Below, piece after piece: positions 57,803 to 64,000 of a stretch of DNA of 64,000 bases. The DNA comes from Pseudolabrys sp. (GTDB lineage: Bacteria; Pseudomonadota; Alphaproteobacteria; Rhizobiales; Xanthobacteraceae). The notes beneath the pieces are model-generated. The model saw nothing but the letters and a program-made list of their open reading frames with translations. It was not told the origin of the DNA and searched no databases. Location: NCBI GenBank assembly GCA_035623095.1, contig DASPUD010000110.1, forward strand, positions 18,353-82,352, read 5' to 3'. Position 1 is the stretch's first letter; each line of letters starts with the position of its first letter. The translations under genes were made by a program, and so were the position numbers.

Positions 57803-59059
57803 TCATTCGCAGAACTTGCAGGGCGGATAGTCCCGGTCATAAACCGGATGCGCCAGGAACTTTTCCTTACCCTCGGTCCAGAACTGGCTAACCTTCGGGT
57901 AAGTCTTGATCACGGTGTTCCAGAGCTCATCCTTGTCGTAACCGAACATCTTCTTCTTCTCGACCTTCTTGATGTAGACGTTCTCGATTGGGTTACGCAT
58001 GTCGTCGAGTTCGACCGGACCACGCGGCGCATCGAGCTTGATGCTTGCCATGATCTTGATGAACTCCTCAGGTCCCGGATATTTGCCACCCGCCTTTTTG
58101 ATTGCTTCATCGAGCCACATCGCCGTGGTGTAGTTGTTTTCCGAGTAATAGCCGGGGACCTTGCCGAACTTCTCGCGATAGGCTTTCACGAAGGCTTGGT
58201 TCGCCGGTGTATCGATTGCCGCACTGTAATGCAGCGCCGAGACATCGCCGATGACTTCATCACCCATGAACGGCAGCACGAACTCGTCATAACTCACGCC
58301 GCTGCCGAGAATTTTCGTCTTGATGCCGGCGCCGCGCAGTTGCTTGGGAAACTGCAACGCCATTGGGCCGACCATGGTCGTGAAGATGCCGTCGGCATCC
58401 GCCTTGAAGGTCGGGATATAGGGACCGAAGTCCTTGGTTCCGAGCGGCGGCCATATCTTCTGGATCACTTTGCCGCCGCAGGCTTCGAAAGCGGACTGGA
58501 AGCCGCCGGCTGTTTCGTATCCGAATGCATAGTCGGCAGCGATGATGATGACTTTCTTGAAGCCGTTGTCGCAAGCCCATTGTCCGAGCGGATGATGCGG
58601 CAGCGAGGAGGTCCAGCTGGTCCGCATGAAATACGGATACTTGCTGAGTTGTCGTTGGGTCAGGTCGTCAGCCGATGACACAGAGGAGATGTAGAGCGTT
58701 TTCTCGCTTGTCGACACCGGAGCGAGTGCGTAGCCGGTCGAGGCAAGCAGCCCACCAATGAACATGTGTACCTTGTCCTGGAGGATCAGCTTCTTCGCTT
58801 TGGTGACGCCGGTGTCAGGTTTGCCCTGATCGTCCTCGACGATGAACTTCACGTCCATGCCGCCGAGCTTGCCGCCATGTTGGTCGAGATACAGCTGAAA
58901 GCCGTCGACCATGTCTTTGCCCACCTGAGCGAAAATGCCGGTCACCGGCGAGATATAACCGATGCGGAGTTCCTCCGCGTTGACCTGCGTTGTCAGACCG
59001 AGACCAAACGCAAGGCAACCGGCAAGTAGTGTTTTTTGCAGCTTGTTTGTCATCGACAT
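57803..59059 (-). CDS. Liv-type ABC substrate-binding protein (system 3)
   Basis: Sec signal; EDDQGKPD, DYAFGYE, WPPLGTKDF.PY; ends PPCKFCE. Confidence 0.92.
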   Translation of the reverse strand: MSMTNKLQKTLLAGCLAFGLGLTTQVNAEELRIGYISPVTGIFAQVGKDMVDGFQLYLDQHGGKLGGMDVKFIVEDDQGKPDTGVTKAKKLILQDKVHMFIGGLLASTGYALAPVSTSEKTLYISSVSSADDLTQRQLSKYPYFMRTSWTSSLPHHPLGQWACDNGFKKVIIIAADYAFGYETAGGFQSAFEACGGKVIQKIWPPLGTKDFGPYIPTFKADADGIFTTMVGPMALQFPKQLRGAGIKTKILGSGVSYDEFVLPFMGDEVIGDVSALHYSAAIDTPANQAFVKAYREKFGKVPGYYSENNYTTAMWLDEAIKKAGGKYPGPEEFIKIMASIKLDAPRGPVELDDMRNPIENVYIKKVEKKKMFGYDKDELWNTVIKTYPKVSQFWTEGKEKFLAHPVYDRDYPPCKFCE

Positions 59060-59091
59060 TCCTCCCTTGTTGTCATTCCTCCCTGTCGGAT

Positions 59092-60087
59092 TCAGGAAGG
59101 CTTTGTCGCAAGTTTCTCCAAACGTTCGTCTTTACTTTCAGATTTTACGCGCTCGCCGATGCGCGTGAGGATTCCCATCAATCCCATCGGCAAATAGAGG
59201 ATGGTGAGCACGTAGACGCCGCCGAGCACATACTGCCACCAGGGCACCAGCGTGCTGAGATACTCGCGCAAACCAAACACGATCGCTGTGCCGATGGTGG
59301 CTCCGACGAGTGTTCCGGCGCCGCCGAGCACGACCATGAGGAGCGAATCCACCGAGGTGGTCAGTACGACAGTCTCCGGGCTGACGTGGCCATTGGTGTG
59401 AGCCCACAAGACGCCGGCAAGGCCGCCGAAACCGCCGGAAATAATGAATACGATGTATTTGTGCAGCCACGTGTTGTAGCCGAGAATCTGCATTCGCAAT
59501 TCGCGCTCGCGGATGCCGGCAAGGCTCTGACCGAAGGGCGAGCGCACCAGCAAATACATCAGCGCCATTGAAACGGCGAAGAATGCGAACACAAGATAGA
59601 AGAAGGTGACCTCATTGGTGAGATCGAGCCCGAAATTGGGACGGCCGCTCATATTGATGCCGTTGTCTCCGCCGGTGAGCGAGTTCCAGCGATAGGCGAG
59701 ACCCCAGACACATTGTCCCAATGCGAGCGTAATCATCAGGAAATAGACACCGCCGGCGCGTATTGCGAATAACCCAAAAAGGGCAGCCAGGGCCGCTCCG
59801 AGGAGAACGCCCATGATCACTACCAGCCAGAAATCCCAGCCGAGTCCGAAGTGCAGCTTGGTTGCGAGCACGGCCGTCAAATAGGCGCCCACGCCGAAAT
59901 AGGCTGCCTGGCCCATCGATGATAGGCCGGTAAAGCCGAGTAGGAGATCGACGCTCATTGCGAGGACCGCAAATGCCATCGCCCGCGTGGCGAGCAGCAC
60001 GACAAATGACCCGGAGTAGGGAACGATCAAGGCGAGCGCCCCGAAAACCACGACGACAATCAGGATCTTGATTTGTTGCTGTGACAT
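59092..60087 (-). CDS. LivM-like ABC permease (system 3)
   Basis: GFTGLSSMGQ, YFLMITLA, TGGDNG. Confidence 0.92.
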   Translation of the reverse strand: MSQQQIKILIVVVVFGALALIVPYSGSFVVLLATRAMAFAVLAMSVDLLLGFTGLSSMGQAAYFGVGAYLTAVLATKLHFGLGWDFWLVVIMGVLLGAALAALFGLFAIRAGGVYFLMITLALGQCVWGLAYRWNSLTGGDNGINMSGRPNFGLDLTNEVTFFYLVFAFFAVSMALMYLLVRSPFGQSLAGIRERELRMQILGYNTWLHKYIVFIISGGFGGLAGVLWAHTNGHVSPETVVLTTSVDSLLMVVLGGAGTLVGATIGTAIVFGLREYLSTLVPWWQYVLGGVYVLTILYLPMGLMGILTRIGERVKSESKDERLEKLATKPS

Positions 60088-60097
60088 CGAAGCGCGC

Positions 60098-61150
60098 TCA
60101 ATCTCGTCCGAACAAGCCGGTCGGCTTGATTGCCAGAATCAGAACCATCGGCGCGTACAGGGTGAAATAGGATACTTCCGGAAACAGAGCCTTGCCGAAA
60201 TTATCGGCGAGACCGACGGCGAGCGCTCCGATCGCGGCGCCACCCAAGCTGCCCATACCTCCGATGATCACGACCGCGAAGGCGAGGGGAAGCATTTCGA
60301 AATCAAGACCGGGATAGATGCCAAGAAATGCGCCGCCGATCACGCCGCCGAGCGCCGCCAGGAAAGCGCCAAGCGCGAAGATGAACATTGAAATTCGGTT
60401 GGTATCGATGCCGACACCGCGCGCCATTTGCGCGTCGTCAACGGTCGCCCGGACGGCGGCCCCCATGCGCGTCTTTTCCATGACCAGCCAAAGCAGGATG
60501 CCGATCGCGACCGCCATGCCAATCATGAACACACGATAGAGCGGCAGGTAGATGCCGCCAACGACGATACTCTGCGTCAGCTCGGTAGGCGGGACGATGT
60601 CCATATTGTTGCCGCCCCAGATATCGAGTGCGCCCTGCTGAAACAGAAAAGCGAAACCCACAGTGAGCAGCACCTGCCGTAACACGTCGCTTTCGATCGG
60701 AGTGGCTGAGATTCGCCTGAGCAGGATGTAGACCGGAACGGCAATGACTGCTGTGACCAATGACAATTGAATAATGCTGCCGAAAGATCCGGGGATCATC
60801 TGCGGCAGTATTCTGCCGACCATCAGCCGAAAAACGAGCGCGATCCCGAAGGCGATTACTACATCGCGTACTTGCGCAAGGGCGCCTCCCGACCGTAGGA
60901 ATAAGCGCTCCATCACGATGCCAAGCGCCGCGATCGCGAGCGCGGCGACGGGAAGCGACAGCGCCCACGAGCCGGTGGCGGAGATGACTGAGAGCGCAAC
61001 ATAACCGCCCAGGAGAAAATATGAGCCATGCGAAAGGTTGACGATCCGCATGACGCCAAAGATCAGCGAGAGGCCAGCGCCGACGAGAAACAGCAGCGCG
61101 CCGTAGGACACACCGTTGAACGCCTGGACTACCCAGAATTGCGTACCCAT
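60098..61150 (-). CDS. LivH-like ABC permease (system 3) with a ~60-aa hydrophobic insertion
   Basis: GLSLIFGVM..VNLSHG, KTRMG..VRA, KPTGLFG. Confidence 0.9.
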   Translation of the reverse strand: MGTQFWVVQAFNGVSYGALLFLVGAGLSLIFGVMRIVNLSHGSYFLLGGYVALSVISATGSWALSLPVAALAIAALGIVMERLFLRSGGALAQVRDVVIAFGIALVFRLMVGRILPQMIPGSFGSIIQLSLVTAVIAVPVYILLRRISATPIESDVLRQVLLTVGFAFLFQQGALDIWGGNNMDIVPPTELTQSIVVGGIYLPLYRVFMIGMAVAIGILLWLVMEKTRMGAAVRATVDDAQMARGVGIDTNRISMFIFALGAFLAALGGVIGGAFLGIYPGLDFEMLPLAFAVVIIGGMGSLGGAAIGALAVGLADNFGKALFPEVSYFTLYAPMVLILAIKPTGLFGRD

Positions 61151-61277
61151 TCCCCCTCGGATCCTTCTTTTACGTCGAAGGTTGCGCGGAGCTTACCCCA
61201 GGATCGGCCGGAATAAACATTTATGTGGCCGCGAACTCCGCCTGTGACATTGCGCGCGGCCCGCGTGAGCGCACGCT

Positions 61278-63047
61278 TTATTTTCGTCTGCCTGCCTGTT
61301 TTTTCGGCGGAATAATCGGCAATAGCAAATAAGGCGCCTTGCCTCGGCTGAATCGCAGGGTAGTGGTGCCATTGAAAATGGCGGGTGGGCGATCGCGCGG
61401 GTCGTCGTGCAAGAAAGGACCACAACCTTTCAGTTCATTCTTGAAATTTGACAGCCGGCCGCCGCTCGCGCCGCCATATTCATAGTCCTTGCCGCGGATT
61501 GAAAGCGCAATTCGATACCCCGCCGGCACGACGATCGAAGTTGGCCAGATCTCGATGTCGAGTTCGACCGTCTGACCTTTCTTCAGGCGTTCTCTCTTGT
61601 CGTGGGTGTGATAGGGCCGGTAGGGGGTCGACAGTTTCTTATCGAGCTTACGGTGCGAAGCGCGTAGCCATCCTTGTCCGATCGGCGTGTGCGGATCGAT
61701 CGCGCCCTGGAACACGATTTCCTTAAGGTCACCGGTGAACACGCGCAACACGATGAAGAAATCGGCGTCACTGGTTGATGACGAAGCGAAAAGCTTCAGT
61801 GCCGAAGGTCCGGTGATTTCGGTTTCCTCAGCGAGAACCGGCGTGAGGAAGGTGAGGCCATCACCCATGGCGGCGAACTTCAGTTGCGCCGGCTTTGACG
61901 GCTTCTTTGTCGTCAGCGTCATCGCCGACGGATCGAGATAGTATTTAGTCCACTTGGTGCGCTTGAGCGGCCACTCGTTTTCGGCACGGGAAACGAACTT
62001 GTCGATGTGGCGCACTTGCAGCAGTACGTTCGGCTGCTTTGCCCAGCCATCTTTCTTGCCATGTAGGAAATGGTCAAAGAATCGCAGCTGCTGCTCGCGT
62101 CCATAATCCGTGTAGAAATGGGTCCAGTGCTCGATACCGTGCGCTTCCAGCCATTTCTCTTTCGCGGCAGCACGAACGAAGCCTTCGAAGTTCCCGCGGG
62201 GATGAAGGCCCTGGCCGCCCCAATTCGCGGCAGTAAACAGCGGCGTGACGACTTTGTCCCATTTGGGCGAGCGGGCTTTGTGATAGGCGTCGTCCATAGG
62301 ATGCGCGGCAATCTCAGCACCGAAATCGGAGCGGTTCTTGGCAAGCTCAGCTTCTGAAAGAGTTTCCGGTCCGCACACGAGCTCATTGTGAACGCGGCTG
62401 CGTTTGCCGCGTTCGCCGGCACCGTACTGTACGGTTTTCACCTGCATGTCGTACCAATTCTCCCAGAACGTCGAGAGAATGCCGCCGTGGTGTGTCATGT
62501 CGCGATACCAGTCGGCTGCGCCTTCCCAGATGCACATGGCGGCGAGATGCGGCGGCTGTAGCGAGGCCACATGCCACTGGTTGATGCCGTAATAGGAAAT
62601 GCCGTTGAGGCCGACTTTGCCGTTTGACCAGGGCTGCACGCCTGCCCATTCGATGCAGTCGTGGAAATCCTTGGTCTCGCGCGGCGAGAAGTGATCGATG
62701 AAGCCGGGCGAGCAACCGGCACCGCGCGAGTCAACGCGCACGCAAGCGTAGTCGTGCGGCACCCATTTCTCCGGGTCGACCACTTCCCAGCTTTGATAGA
62801 GATTGCTTGACCCAGCGGTCACGTCCGGATGTTTTTCCGCCATGCGTTGCCAGGCGCTCGGGTAGCCATCCTGGAAGGCGAGGTTCTTGGCGTAAGGCCC
62901 GTAGCTCAGGATGACGGGATATTGGCCATCTTTCACCGGGCGAAAAACATCGGCGCGCAAGACAAGCCCGTCGTCCATTGGAACCGGCACGTTCCAGTCA
63001 ATCCGCATGCCGTCGCGAATTTCCGACAGCCGCTGCAACGACGCCAT
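61278..63047 (-). CDS. CocE/NonD family serine hydrolase
   Basis: MDDGLVLRADVFRP, GPY.K, DSRG.G.SPG, WSNGKVGL.GISY, GWLRASHR. Confidence 0.92.
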   Translation of the reverse strand: MASLQRLSEIRDGMRIDWNVPVPMDDGLVLRADVFRPVKDGQYPVILSYGPYAKNLAFQDGYPSAWQRMAEKHPDVTAGSSNLYQSWEVVDPEKWVPHDYACVRVDSRGAGCSPGFIDHFSPRETKDFHDCIEWAGVQPWSNGKVGLNGISYYGINQWHVASLQPPHLAAMCIWEGAADWYRDMTHHGGILSTFWENWYDMQVKTVQYGAGERGKRSRVHNELVCGPETLSEAELAKNRSDFGAEIAAHPMDDAYHKARSPKWDKVVTPLFTAANWGGQGLHPRGNFEGFVRAAAKEKWLEAHGIEHWTHFYTDYGREQQLRFFDHFLHGKKDGWAKQPNVLLQVRHIDKFVSRAENEWPLKRTKWTKYYLDPSAMTLTTKKPSKPAQLKFAAMGDGLTFLTPVLAEETEITGPSALKLFASSSTSDADFFIVLRVFTGDLKEIVFQGAIDPHTPIGQGWLRASHRKLDKKLSTPYRPYHTHDKRERLKKGQTVELDIEIWPTSIVVPAGYRIALSIRGKDYEYGGASGGRLSNFKNELKGCGPFLHDDPRDRPPAIFNGTTTLRFSRGKAPYLLLPIIPPKKQAGRRK

Positions 63048-63065
63048 GGCGCGCTCCTCGTGCTC

Positions 63066-63154
63066 GTCACGCCCGCGCTTGTCGCGGGCATCCACATCTT
63101 TTCTTTCATGCATCTTTGCAAAACGTAGATGGCCGGGACAAGCCCGGCCATAAC
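63066..63154. repeat. Rhizobial REP-like palindromic element
   Basis: GTCACGCCCGCGCTTGTCGCGGGCATCCAC...GTAGATGGCCGGGACAAGCCCGGCCATAAC; same family as 40780-40941. Confidence 0.82.
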
Positions 63155-63179
63155 CATTGGCTCCAGCGCAATAAACCTA

Positions 63180-64000
63180 TCACGCCGCTCGTCTACGCCG
63201 TTTCACTTTCGCCATCTTCTCCATAACAACGCAGACGGCGGCGGTGTCGCGACCGCCAAGGCCCTTCTTCATTGCCTTGAGATAGATGCCTTTGGTGGCG
63301 TTGAACATCGGCGTCGGCACGCGGATTTTGCGGGCATGCTCGCCGATAACTTTCATATCCTTGTCCCAGATTGAAATCTTCATGGTCACGTCGTCATATC
63401 GGCCTTTCGCCATCATCGGCGCCCGCAATTCAAACACGCGCGAATTGCCCGCGCCCGCCTTGATCAAATCGACAATCATGCGCGGGTCGAGCCCGGCCTT
63501 CATGCCCATGACCATCGCTTCGGCGGATGCGACGTTGTTGATGGCAACCAACAGATTGGCGACGTACTTTATGCGGCTGCCGTTGCCGAACTGGCCGACG
63601 TTGAAAACGTGCCGCCCAAAGGCTGCGAATAACGGGCGAAGCCGCCTGATCGTCTTTGCGTCACCGCTCGCGTAAAAAACCAGATCACGCTGCTTGGCTT
63701 GCGCGCCGGTACCGCTCACCGGGCAGTCGATCATAGTATGGCCGGCCTTGTGCAATGCTCGTGCTGCTTTTTCCTTATCTGAAATTGAGAAGGTGCTCAT
63801 TTCGACCAGCACCTTTCTCTTCAGCTTGGAAGCGGTAATTTTTTGCACCGTTTCGGTCAGGGCCTGCGGGCGGGGCAGACTGGTGAGGATGACCGGGACT
63901 CCGGCAGCTACTTCGGCGGCATCGCGCGCGAGCCTGACGCCCGCTCGCCTGGCTTCACGGCGTCGCGCCGGATTTGTGTCGTAACCTACGACGCGCCATC
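63180..64000 (-). CDS. NAD(P)-dependent 3-hydroxyisobutyrate/tartronate-semialdehyde dehydrogenase family protein, 5'-truncated by the window edge
   Basis: Frame open to the edge: WRVVGYDTNP...ILTSLP; EMST, DCPVSG, K.VAN. Confidence 0.9.
   Translation of the reverse strand, partial: WRVVGYDTNPARRREARRAGVRLARDAAEVAAGVPVILTSLPRPQALTETVQKITASKLKRKVLVEMSTFSISDKEKAARALHKAGHTMIDCPVSGTGAQAKQRDLVFYASGDAKTIRRLRPLFAAFGRHVFNVGQFGNGSRIKYVANLLVAINNVASAEAMVMGMKAGLDPRMIVDLIKAGAGNSRVFELRAPMMAKGRYDDVTMKISIWDKDMKVIGEHARKIRVPTPMFNATKGIYLKAMKKGLGGRDTAAVCVVMEKMAKVKRRRRAA

Noticed and set aside
63048-63113. N-terminal extension MHERKDVDARDKRGRD on the CocE hydrolase
   Set aside because: Derived from the REP element; GAGGAG precedes ATG 63047

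Overview
High-GC alphaproteobacterial chromosome segment; gene families and REP-type palindromes suggest Hyphomicrobiales (Nitrobacteraceae/Xanthobacteraceae-like), which is an inference. I saw no rRNA, tRNA, CRISPR array, transposase or phage genes. (1) 1-8.9 kb: a PrtD/PrtE-type type I secretion pair. Its membrane-fusion protein has a ~240-aa N-terminal extension. The pair is transcribed divergently from a Cys-free, signal-less 475-aa protein with His-rich termini and an internal duplication, followed by a cytochrome b / EB_dh (DOMON-like heme) fusion translationally coupled to a 2Fe-2S ferredoxin-FAD/NAD(P)H reductase. This is the best candidate for an undescribed system (secreted metal/heme-binding protein plus a transmembrane electron conduit). 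(2) 9-34.8 kb: mixed genes: GT39 and GT9 glycosyltransferases, YncE-type propeller, AI-2E, CyaC-like cyclase, amidohydrolase, MetE-like protein, two GSTs, SemiSWEET, TAXI, a frameshifted DMT gene, PQQ sugar dehydrogenase, PhyH dioxygenase, PAP2, aspartate aminotransferase, a divergent EF-G paralogue, EAL protein, msrP, HdeD. (3) 34.8-64 kb: a transporter-dense catabolic region with TctAB plus three Bug/TctC receptors, three Liv-type ABC systems with four binding proteins, a cyclase-family hydrolase, cupin, FAD monooxygenase, cytochrome b561, amidohydrolase, CocE/NonD hydrolase and a dehydrogenase. All product calls come from motif recognition by eye, not from database searches.
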